Positions 56,367-64,000 of a stretch of DNA of 64,000 nt are shown here, piece by piece; the first letter of the stretch is position 1; every line of letters starts with the position of its first letter. This DNA comes from Myxococcota bacterium (GTDB lineage: Bacteria > Myxococcota_A > UBA9160 > PR03). The notes beneath the pieces were generated by a model. That model did no database searches, was not told the origin of the DNA, and worked only from the letters and a program-made list of their open reading frames with translations. Made by a program: the position numbers and the translations under genes. Location of the stretch: NCBI GenBank assembly GCA_041611735.1, contig JBFIML010000016.1, positions 1 through 64,000 of the forward strand. The letters run 5' to 3'.

Positions 56367-58984
56367 GACGCCGCTCCGGGATCCTGGCAGGCGGGCCGCC
56401 CGCCGCCCCCCGCCGGGCCGTGGAGCGTCCGGGCGATGATCTCGTCCTTCATCTCCTCGGTGAGGTCGTTGAAGTAGGCGCTGTAGCCCGAGATCCGCAC
56501 CACCAGGTCGCGGTGGCGCTCCGGGTGCGCCCTGGCGTCGAGGAGTACGGCTGCGTCCACCACGTTGAACTGGACCTGCATGCCGCCGGCGGCGAAGTAG
56601 CCGCGCGTGAGATCGGCGAGGAGCCGGGTCCCGCTCTCGCCGCGCAGGTACCAGGGGTCGAGCTTCTCGTTGAGACACAGCCCGTTGCCGACTCCGGGCG
56701 AGGCGGCGCGAGCCGCCGCCATCATGGAGGCCGTCGGGCCCTCACTGTCGCAGCCGTTCCCGGGCGAGAGACCGTCCGAGAGCGGTGCTCCGGCGCGCCG
56801 CCCGCTCGGCAGCGCCCCGAGTCGTCGCCCGAAGCCCACGTGGGTGGTCATGGTCCAGAAGCCCGGCACGTAGGGTCCGCCGCGCGGGTTGCGGTGGCGG
56901 CGCACCGCGGCGCAGAAGCGCTCCACCACGTGTCGCGCCCAGTGCTCGGGGAGCCCCTGGTCCTGGCCGAACTTGGGGGTCCGCTCGGTCACCCGGGTCC
57001 GCAGCTCCTCGGCCCCTGCGAAGTCCCGGTCGACGGCGTCCAGGAGCGTCCGCAGCGAGACGCGCCCTTCCTGGAAGACCAGGCGCTCGATGGCGGCCAG
57101 CGAGTCGGCCACGTCGGCCACGCCCACGCCCTGGAGCCCCGTGGTGTCGTAGCGGGCGCCGCCCGCGGTCACGTCCCGGGCGTTCGCGACGCAGTCCTCC
57201 ACCAGCAGGGAGAGCAGCGGCGTGGGACGCCAGCGGGCGTGCGCCGTCTCGATGGCGTCGTTGCCCGCCACGGCGGTCGCCACCAGGGTCTCGAGCTCGT
57301 CCTCGAAGGCGGCGACGAGCTCCCCCATGGAGCCGAACTCGCGCGGCGTGCCCCCCTCGTCCGCGTGGGCGCCCCCGTGGAGGGCCCGGTCGAGGGCGGC
57401 GGGCAGGCTCAAGAAGCCGGCACCGGCCGCCGGGAAGTGCCGCCCCGGAATGCCCCACTCCACGCAGCCCACGATGCTGTAGTCGCGGGCGTCGGGGGGC
57501 GCCGCGCCGAGCTCCACCAGGGCCGGCACCACCGCAGCGTCGTTGAAGAAGGCGGGCATCCCGCCGCCCGCCTTCACGATCTCGCAGGCCCGGGCCAGCA
57601 GGGCCGGGTCGCTGCCGGGATGCACGCGCAGGTGCAGGTTCGGCTGGCGCAGCCGCATCTGGTCGTAGGCCTCGAGCAGCAGGAAGGAGACCTCGTGGGT
57701 GGCGTCGCGCCCCTCCGCGTCCGTGCCGCCGAGCGTGATCCCCGACGCCGACGAGAGGCCGCTGAAGTACTCGGTGGCCATGGAGTTGAAGAGGGGCAGG
57801 AGCTCCGCGGCCTTGCCCAGGAAGCAGCCCAGCAGCTCCACGGCGCGCTCGGGGCTGATGCGGCCCGCGGCCCGGTCGCGCTCGTAGTAGGGCCCGAGGA
57901 GCTGGTCCAGGCGTCCGAAGGAGATCCCGTGCTGGAAGCTCTCCTGGTGCAGCATCGCGTAGGTCAGGAAGACGCTCTGGACGGCCTCGTGAAAGCTGCG
58001 GGCCGGGCGGGCCGGCACTTGGGCCAGGATCTCCGCCAGCTCGCGCAGCTCGCGGGCTCGCTCCGGGCACGTCTCGGCGCGGGCCGCCTCGGCACAGTGA
58101 CGGCTCCAGCGCGCGCCCAGGCCGATGGCCGCGCGCGCCGCGATCGACGCCGCCTCGAGGAAGGCGGCCGCGTCGCGGTCCGTTGCGCGGGCGCGCGCGG
58201 CCTCCACGTCGGCCAGGATTCCCTCGAAGCCGCGGGCCAGCACCTTGCCGTGGTCCGGCGTCACGTGGGAGATGCCGGCGAACTGGGTCAGCACCAGGTG
58301 GCGGCCCCCCATCAGCAGGTTCGGCAGCTCCGGGTCCGAGGCCAGCATGCCCGCCTGGGCCTGGACCGAGCGCGTGAACCAGTAGGGGAGGATCTCCTGC
58401 TCCAGCCGGCGCAGCGGCTCCGCCTGGGCGGCCAGGGGATTCACCGCCCGCGTCGCCAGGCGCCGCAGCTCCGGGAGCATCAGGAGCCCGCCGAAGTCCG
58501 GGTGGATGGGAGCGCCGATCCGCTGGGAGGAGGGATTCCCCACCACCAGTTCGTCCTCGTAGATGCGCAGCGGCACCCGCTCGAGGGTCCACGCCAGGGC
58601 GCGGGCCCAGGTGACGACCGGGGGCTCCCGACGCAGTGCGTCCTCACGCCGCGCATGGAAGCGCTGGAGGGTCCGGCCCAGGCGGAGCTGCCAGCGCTTC
58701 TGGGGGATCCCCGTGCCGAGGTTACGCTCCAGCGCGCGACGGAACAACGCGAAGTGCCCCCGCGCGACCCGAGCGCCCACGGGGTCGGCGGGAGCATGCT
58801 CCCGGAAGTACTGCGTCACGAGCTCCGCCTTCTGGGTGCAGAGCCCGTAGGGCGCAGACAGCAGCGCCTGGCGCAGCCGCCCGAGACGCGCGCTCGGCGA
58901 GGGCCGGCGGCGCGTCGCGGCGACCTCCTCCGGCCGGGCTCGCGCCGGCAGGCCGCCGGAGAGGAGGGTGGGAGCGCTGCTCAT
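56363..58984 (-). CDS. Glycyl radical enzyme (PFL2/PflD-like superfamily), substrate unknown
   Basis: IYEDELVVG, SFGRLDQ, LRQPNL, Cys loop IVGCVE, SDGLSP, QVQFNV and Gly loop VVRISGYSAYF. Confidence 0.92.
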   Translation of the reverse strand: MSSAPTLLSGGLPARARPEEVAATRRRPSPSARLGRLRQALLSAPYGLCTQKAELVTQYFREHAPADPVGARVARGHFALFRRALERNLGTGIPQKRWQLRLGRTLQRFHARREDALRREPPVVTWARALAWTLERVPLRIYEDELVVGNPSSQRIGAPIHPDFGGLLMLPELRRLATRAVNPLAAQAEPLRRLEQEILPYWFTRSVQAQAGMLASDPELPNLLMGGRHLVLTQFAGISHVTPDHGKVLARGFEGILADVEAARARATDRDAAAFLEAASIAARAAIGLGARWSRHCAEAARAETCPERARELRELAEILAQVPARPARSFHEAVQSVFLTYAMLHQESFQHGISFGRLDQLLGPYYERDRAAGRISPERAVELLGCFLGKAAELLPLFNSMATEYFSGLSSASGITLGGTDAEGRDATHEVSFLLLEAYDQMRLRQPNLHLRVHPGSDPALLARACEIVKAGGGMPAFFNDAAVVPALVELGAAPPDARDYSIVGCVEWGIPGRHFPAAGAGFLSLPAALDRALHGGAHADEGGTPREFGSMGELVAAFEDELETLVATAVAGNDAIETAHARWRPTPLLSLLVEDCVANARDVTAGGARYDTTGLQGVGVADVADSLAAIERLVFQEGRVSLRTLLDAVDRDFAGAEELRTRVTERTPKFGQDQGLPEHWARHVVERFCAAVRRHRNPRGGPYVPGFWTMTTHVGFGRRLGALPSGRRAGAPLSDGLSPGNGCDSEGPTASMMAAARAASPGVGNGLCLNEKLDPWYLRGESGTRLLADLTRGYFAAGGMQVQFNVVDAAVLLDARAHPERHRDLVVRISGYSAYFNDLTEEMKDEIIARTLHGPAGGGGRPACQDPGAAS

Positions 58985-59353
58985 GGGGCCGTTCCCGGTG
59001 TGCCCCACGATACCGTAGTCGGGCGAGGACACGGCGTCGGCCTCCAGATCCACGCTGTCCGGGGTCTCGAAGAGCTGGTCGGGCGGGCTTGCCCTGCTCG
59101 CGCGCCTTTCCCCGGCCCCTTCCGCTGGCGCGCGTGGGACGTTGACCCAGCGCTCGCCCCCGCGCCCGGCCCAAGGTCCTCGACGCAGACCGCCTCAGCG
59201 ATGGAGACCCCGGGGGAGATGTCGCGAGCCTGCAACAAACCGGGCTCGATCGCAGCCATCGTTGAATATTTCACCCCGCCGCTCCGACATAGACTCGACC
59301 CCTCCGCCAACCCGGGATCCCGGCTGCGGCACGCCCGCCGGGACGGAGGCATC

Positions 59354-60427
59354 GTGAAGGCTCCCCTGCCCGAGAACGAGGCGGCGCGCCTCGACGCCCT
59401 GCGCAGCTATCGGATCCTCGACACGTTGCCGGAGGCCTCCTACGACGACATTACCCACCTGGCCTCGGTGCTCTGCGAGGCGCCCATCGCCCTGGTAAGC
59501 CTGGTGGACAGCGATCGCCAGTGGTTCAAGTCGAGGCACGGCCTGGAGGCCACCGAGACGCCGCGCCACGTGGCCTTCTGCGCCCACGCGATCCTCCAGT
59601 CCGAGCTCATGGTCGTCCCCGACACCCGGGCCGACGAGCGCTTCGCGGACAACCCGCTCGTCACCAGCGCTCCCAACATCCGCTTCTACGCCGGGGCCCA
59701 GCTCGTCACCGGCAAGGGCGAAGCCCTGGGGACACTCTGTGTCATCGACCAGGTCCAGCGCACGCTGAGCGATGCCCAGGCGGATGCGCTGCGGGCGCTC
59801 TCCCGGCAGGTCATGGCGCAGCTCGAGCTCCGGCGGCACATTGCGGAGCAGCAGCGCTACCGGCGCATGCTCGAGGCCTACCACCGGGAGCTCGAGGACA
59901 GCAATGCGCGGCTCGAAGCCCAGAGCCTGACCGACGACGTCACCGGCTTCCACAACACGCGCTTCCTGCACCACTACCTGGACGACCAGCTGGCGCTCGC
60001 CACGGCCCGGGGCGAAGCGCTCTCCCTGGTCTTCTTCGACATGGACGGCTTCAAGGCGGTGGTGGATGCCCACGGGCACCTGCTGGGCGCCCGGGTCCTC
60101 CGGGAGGTCGCCGCGGCCGTCCACCGCATGCTCGACCGCGACGACCGCATCGTGCGCTACGGCGGCGACGAGTACGTGGTGATCCTGCCCGGGCAGGCCC
60201 GCGACCAGGCCCTGGCCAAGGCGGAACGGATCCGGGACGTCATCGGCTCGACGGCCTTCCTGCTGAGCGAGGAGCTCGACGTCCGGGTGACGGCGTCCCT
60301 GGGCGTCGCCACCTTCCCGGACGACGCCCGGGACAAGCGGCAGCTCCTGATGGAGGCGGACCACTGCCTCTTTCAGAGCAAGCGGGACGGCAAGAACCGG
60401 GTGTCGCGGAAGACGGGTGGGGGATGA
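59354..60427 (+). CDS. GAF-coiled coil-GGDEF protein (GGDEY variant)
   Basis: GTG 59354 with a GGAGG RBS, GAF RQWFKS..FCAHAI, DDVTGFHN and RYGGDEY. Confidence 0.9.
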   Translation: MKAPLPENEAARLDALRSYRILDTLPEASYDDITHLASVLCEAPIALVSLVDSDRQWFKSRHGLEATETPRHVAFCAHAILQSELMVVPDTRADERFADNPLVTSAPNIRFYAGAQLVTGKGEALGTLCVIDQVQRTLSDAQADALRALSRQVMAQLELRRHIAEQQRYRRMLEAYHRELEDSNARLEAQSLTDDVTGFHNTRFLHHYLDDQLALATARGEALSLVFFDMDGFKAVVDAHGHLLGARVLREVAAAVHRMLDRDDRIVRYGGDEYVVILPGQARDQALAKAERIRDVIGSTAFLLSEELDVRVTASLGVATFPDDARDKRQLLMEADHCLFQSKRDGKNRVSRKTGGG

Positions 60428-60443
60428 GCGCGCAGCGGCATAC

Positions 60444-60668
60444 TCAGGGCTCGGGAAGATCCCGGGCCGCCACGATGTTGGCGGTTTCCGTCTCCGGATC
60501 GAAGACGAGGCGCGCCTCTCCCGAGGCGAGCTGCGCGGTCACCCGGGCGATCTTCTCCTCGAAGCTCCGCTCGACGGCGCCGTAGTCCGTGCCGTCGCGG
60601 CTCACGAACTCCTCCACGAGGCCGCGCAGAGCTTCGGGGCTCAGCTGGTCGGGAGAGAGCTCGATCAT
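60444..60668 (-). CDS. YheU (UPF0270) family protein
   Basis: LSPEALRGLVEEFVSRDGTDYG..L.SGEARLVFD. Confidence 0.88.
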   Translation of the reverse strand: MIELSPDQLSPEALRGLVEEFVSRDGTDYGAVERSFEEKIARVTAQLASGEARLVFDPETETANIVAARDLPEP

Positions 60669-60751
60669 CCCCGCGCGAAGAAGAGCCAGTGGGTCTGTTC
60701 TTCCTCGAGCATGCGATTCTGGAAGGTCACCTGCTGCACGGCATACCTCAT

Positions 60752-61816
60752 TCACGCTCTGGCGCCGAAGCTCGGACTCACGGCACGGTTGCCCGCTCCC
60801 GCACCATGCTCAACCTTGGGAATCACCGAACTCGCCTGCAGGTCCTCGCCGCGCTTCCTGGCCGACTCCACCTGCGACTTGATCCAAGAATAGGTCTCTC
60901 GAAGACCATCCTCGAGAGGAACCTGTGGGGCCCACCCGAGCACCTTCCTGATCAATCGGTTGTCGCTGCTGCGTCCGCGCACGCCCAGAGGCCCCGGAAC
61001 GGGCTTGATCGCAAGGTTCCTCTTCTCGAACGACATGGCCAGCTCGGCCAAACCGTTGATCGAAACCATCTCGTCCTGCCCGAGATTCAACGGATGCGGA
61101 TACTCGCTGCGCATGATCCGCAGCGTCCCTTCCACGCAGTCATCGACGAACATGAAGCTGCGTTGCTGCCGCCCGTCTCCCCAGATCTCGATGGTGCCAT
61201 TCTGCTCGGCGACAATTACCTTGCGGCAAATGGCGGCCGGAGCCTTCTCCCGTCCTCCTCGCCACGTGCCCAGAGGACCGTACACGTTGTGGTAACGTGC
61301 AATCCTCGTCTCCAGGCCATAGTCCTCGCGGTAATACCCATTCAGCAGCTCCGCAAGCAGCTTCTCCCATCCGTATCCGGCCTCTGGCAGGGCGGGATAG
61401 GCCATGTCTTCGGTCAACCCCGGCCCATCCAGCCCAGCTTGCAGTTGCGTATTGTAGACACAGGCGCTGCTCGAGAAGAAGAATCGCCTCGCGCCATACC
61501 GCCGCGCAGCATCCAACATGTTTATCGAGATCAGAGCACTATCGCGCATGATGAGCGCACGATAGTTCTCGATGAACCCCATGCCTCCCATGTTCGCGGC
61601 CAGACTGTAGACCTCATCGAATCGACCCGAGCCCCGGAAGATCGCGTGCACCTGCTCGCGACGTCGGAGATCCACGTTGAAGAACACATCCGCCGGGCTG
61701 GGCTCGAACTCCGGATGCTTCCAATCAGCCGCGACCACCCAGTTCCCATCTGCCTTTAGGCGCTTGACCAGGTGGTGCCCAATGAAACCTCCGGCACCCG
61801 TTACGAGAATACGCAT
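60752..61816 (-). CDS. NAD-dependent epimerase, GDP-mannose 3,5-epimerase-like
   Basis: LAANMGGMGFI, SSSACVY, YGWEKL, GGREKAPAAICRK, WGDG.Q.RSF and GVRGRSSDN. Confidence 0.9.
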   Translation of the reverse strand: MRILVTGAGGFIGHHLVKRLKADGNWVVAADWKHPEFEPSPADVFFNVDLRRREQVHAIFRGSGRFDEVYSLAANMGGMGFIENYRALIMRDSALISINMLDAARRYGARRFFFSSSACVYNTQLQAGLDGPGLTEDMAYPALPEAGYGWEKLLAELLNGYYREDYGLETRIARYHNVYGPLGTWRGGREKAPAAICRKVIVAEQNGTIEIWGDGRQQRSFMFVDDCVEGTLRIMRSEYPHPLNLGQDEMVSINGLAELAMSFEKRNLAIKPVPGPLGVRGRSSDNRLIRKVLGWAPQVPLEDGLRETYSWIKSQVESARKRGEDLQASSVIPKVEHGAGAGNRAVSPSFGARA

Positions 61817-61843
61817 CAGTTACCCCCCCTCGGCAGCGTGGCT

Positions 61844-62908
61844 TCAGACCCGAAGTGCCTTCTTGATCTTCGCTTCACTATCCAAGGCAAACCTGAAATC
61901 GTCAGCAATGTGATGTCGCGTGCCCCTTTCGAACTTCTCCTGATCGAATGCCCAGACGGCCAATCTGGCGATCAAACGTCTGCGGAGACGCGCCAGGCCC
62001 GATCGAGGCGCACCGTGGATCGTAAGGCTTGCGTATCGAGAACCGAAGAGTGTGTAGAACTTCGACAGATAGAACTTGGAGAGAGTCGGCAGGAAAGCGG
62101 CCCATGGTGCATAGCGCGCCACGATGTAGATCACTGGATTCAAGAACAGGTCCGACTTCTTGTCGAAGAAGACACTCTTGAGCTTGTCTAGCTCGGTCGC
62201 CTGCAGGGACGTGGATCCCATGCTCTCCGAGAGATTGTCAACGTCGTTGTACAACACGACGTTGGTGGCCACGTGCGGCTGGATTCCCTGCTGACGAGCT
62301 CGGAATGAAAATTCCGTATCTGCATGGACCTGCGGACAGTACGTCTCCTGGTAGAAGCCGATGCGCTCGAAAACGCTCTTCCGGATCAGGACTCCGTCGC
62401 CGCACGTTGCCTGGGCTGGATAGATCTCGCCCTTGCAAATCTCCGGAGGCAGTTCATCCTCCCACCAACCATTGAACTTCAGCTGAAACAGGTACGGAGA
62501 AGACCAGACGCTGAACGAACCGAGAGCCCAGATCCTTCCCGGCTGATCCGCAAAATCGATGCGATTGGCCAGGTAGTCGAGCTTGTTCCTTTCGAATACC
62601 GAGACAAAACGCTCCAAGTAATCCTCTAGAATGATCGCGTCATCGTTGATCATCAGCAGCGGATCGCATCCGTCCGCAATCGCCCGTTTCACGCCGAGGT
62701 TCGTGGCGGACGCCCACCAGTGGCTGGGAGTGGCCGGGACGAGGCAGACGTCGATCCGATGTTCGTTGATCAGGTCACGGGTTCCATCCGTCGATCCAGA
62801 ATCCACCATGTAGACCCGAAAGTCACGGTACGTCTGATGTACCAGGCTCTCGAGAAAGCGCCTTGTCTTGCGCTGCCGATTGAAGGTCGGAACGACGATG
62901 CCGATCAT
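61844..62908 (-). CDS. Glycosyltransferase family 2
   Basis: IVVPTFNR, VDSGSTDGT, WWASATNLG, INDD and HADTEFS. Confidence 0.88.
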   Translation of the reverse strand: MIGIVVPTFNRQRKTRRFLESLVHQTYRDFRVYMVDSGSTDGTRDLINEHRIDVCLVPATPSHWWASATNLGVKRAIADGCDPLLMINDDAIILEDYLERFVSVFERNKLDYLANRIDFADQPGRIWALGSFSVWSSPYLFQLKFNGWWEDELPPEICKGEIYPAQATCGDGVLIRKSVFERIGFYQETYCPQVHADTEFSFRARQQGIQPHVATNVVLYNDVDNLSESMGSTSLQATELDKLKSVFFDKKSDLFLNPVIYIVARYAPWAAFLPTLSKFYLSKFYTLFGSRYASLTIHGAPRSGLARLRRRLIARLAVWAFDQEKFERGTRHHIADDFRFALDSEAKIKKALRV

Positions 62909-62923
62909 GGCTGTCCTAACTGA

Positions 62924-64000
62924 TTACAAGACGATGGAACTGTAGCTGGTGACATCCTTGGTTGCGCACTCGATGCTACCGATCATGCCGTCTACGCGGC
63001 ACGTCTCCGTTCGAATCACCCGCCCCGCGAACACGGCCAGCGGCACGTGGCGCACGCGCTGAAAACTGGAAACGGCCTGCGCAAGTTCTCGTTTGGGCCG
63101 CTTGATCTCCGGGCGTCCGCCATCCTGCCCTTGCAGGATGCAAGAGAAGCAATCGTCGTAGAGATCCAGGTAGACCACAGCGTTCTTTAGCGCTCCGTGA
63201 TCGATGGAGAGGAAGCCTTCGACACTCGTGTAGAGGAAGTAGTCGGTCTTCAAGACGTTCTCGAGCGCGAAGCGAAGCGCCAACGCGCGGCTTCGCGGCT
63301 GCTCGCGAGCATAGAGGCAGACGGGCGGAGAAGGACCCGTCAGCTCCGAATGCTCCTCCAGGAGGGCATTGAACGCTTCTGCGGCGTCGTAGGGGCATAA
63401 GAAGGTGAAGGCAGAGCCTTCCGCCTGGGCGGCCTCGCCGGTCCGGGGCAAGATGCGATCGGTCAGGGTCGCGTGTTGGCGGCTACCTGGACCTGGCGAA
63501 TCTCCCACGTCTACGATGAACGTGAGACGTTCCCTGGCCACCTGCGCACTCGCATCCCTGTCCGTGACCAAGGACCAGCTGGTCGAGGACCTCTTGCGGT
63601 TGATGGTATCCTCGAAGAATTCTATGAGAGCGTTTACGGTGTTCTCGACCGAGTAGCGCAAAGCCACCTGTCTGGCTGGTTCGGTGTCCACGGCGTTCTT
63701 CTGGATGTCCCGGTCGAATGCGTCGATATCCTGGGCCATCTTGAGGCTATCGAACGGATCTCGAAAGAAACGAATGGTGGCCGACGTCACCTCCGGGATG
63801 CAGGTTAGCTTCGATGCGATCACGGGCTTCTCGAACTGCATTGCGTCGACGATCGGAATGCCAAATCCCTCGTACAAGGAGGGAAAGACCAGACCCTTGG
63901 TGTTGATCATGAGGGCCGCGAGCTCTGCATCGGAGACGTAGCCCAGAATCTGGACGTGCTTGCTCTGGTCCGACTCCTCGAGCTTGGCTCGCCAGGCCGA
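62924..64000 (-). CDS. Glycosyltransferase family 4, 5'-truncated, with extra C-terminal domain
   Basis: The frame is open to the window end (..ILGYVSDAELAALM..). FPSLYEGFGIPIVDAM motif. Confidence 0.85.
   Translation of the reverse strand, partial: SAWRAKLEESDQSKHVQILGYVSDAELAALMINTKGLVFPSLYEGFGIPIVDAMQFEKPVIASKLTCIPEVTSATIRFFRDPFDSLKMAQDIDAFDRDIQKNAVDTEPARQVALRYSVENTVNALIEFFEDTINRKRSSTSWSLVTDRDASAQVARERLTFIVDVGDSPGPGSRQHATLTDRILPRTGEAAQAEGSAFTFLCPYDAAEAFNALLEEHSELTGPSPPVCLYAREQPRSRALALRFALENVLKTDYFLYTSVEGFLSIDHGALKNAVVYLDLYDDCFSCILQGQDGGRPEIKRPKRELAQAVSSFQRVRHVPLAVFAGRVIRTETCRVDGMIGSIECATKDVTSYSSIVL

Noticed and set aside
59261-59274. AT-rich palindrome GTTGAATATTTCAC as an FNR box for the GRE operon
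   Set aside because: It is 1 nt short of, and mismatched to, TTGAT-N4-ATCAA, and is a single copy. It may be some operator, but that is unsupported.
1-64000. CRISPR arrays, tRNA/rRNA, IS elements, prophage or defence genes
   Set aside because: I saw no regularly spaced direct repeats, cloverleafs, transposase, integrase or phage motifs. The cyclases lack the adjacent cNMP-binding effector expected of Pycsar.

Overview
A 64-kb, very GC-rich bacterial chromosomal segment. Gene content and style suggest Myxococcota/deltaproteobacteria, which is an inference. About 62 protein genes are supportable. I saw no rRNA, tRNA, CRISPR array, transposase or integrase. Main blocks: (1) LPS-core-type glycosyltransferases plus a methyltransferase (1.2-4.1 kb); (2) mixed metabolic genes including an M20 peptidase, DUF362, deoC, a thiolase-like/DUF35/lipid-kinase operon and mgtE; (3) a lower-GC pair, a membrane class III cyclase and an Ig-like/lipase protein (11.8-16.6 kb); (4) a PQQ dehydrogenase and a coupled AhpD-like/class III cyclase pair; (5) a ~16-kb divergent cluster (24.7-41.2 kb) with a largely secreted arm (DM13, GlcG/HbpS, cupin, two SMP-30 lactonases, FMN reductase) and a largely cytoplasmic arm (DUF417, Zn glucose dehydrogenase, GH133, aquaporin, GMC oxidoreductase, VOC, GH63), closed by an ECF sigma/zf-HC2 anti-sigma pair and carrying three copies of a GTnnC-N16-GCATCG promoter-like motif; (6) a lower-GC run of unrelated same-strand genes separated by decayed attC-like hairpin repeats (41.4-46.2 kb), probably an eroded integron cassette array; (7) a CP-ATP-grasp/alpha-E/transglutaminase operon; (8) two GAF-GGDEF proteins around an unassigned glycyl-radical enzyme operon (GRE with an unusual N-terminal insert, activase, extended SDR, membrane protein); (9) the end of a lower-GC polysaccharide cluster. 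The best candidates for undescribed systems are (5), the GRE operon in (8), the decayed cassette array (6) and the cyclases with non-canonical specificity residues.
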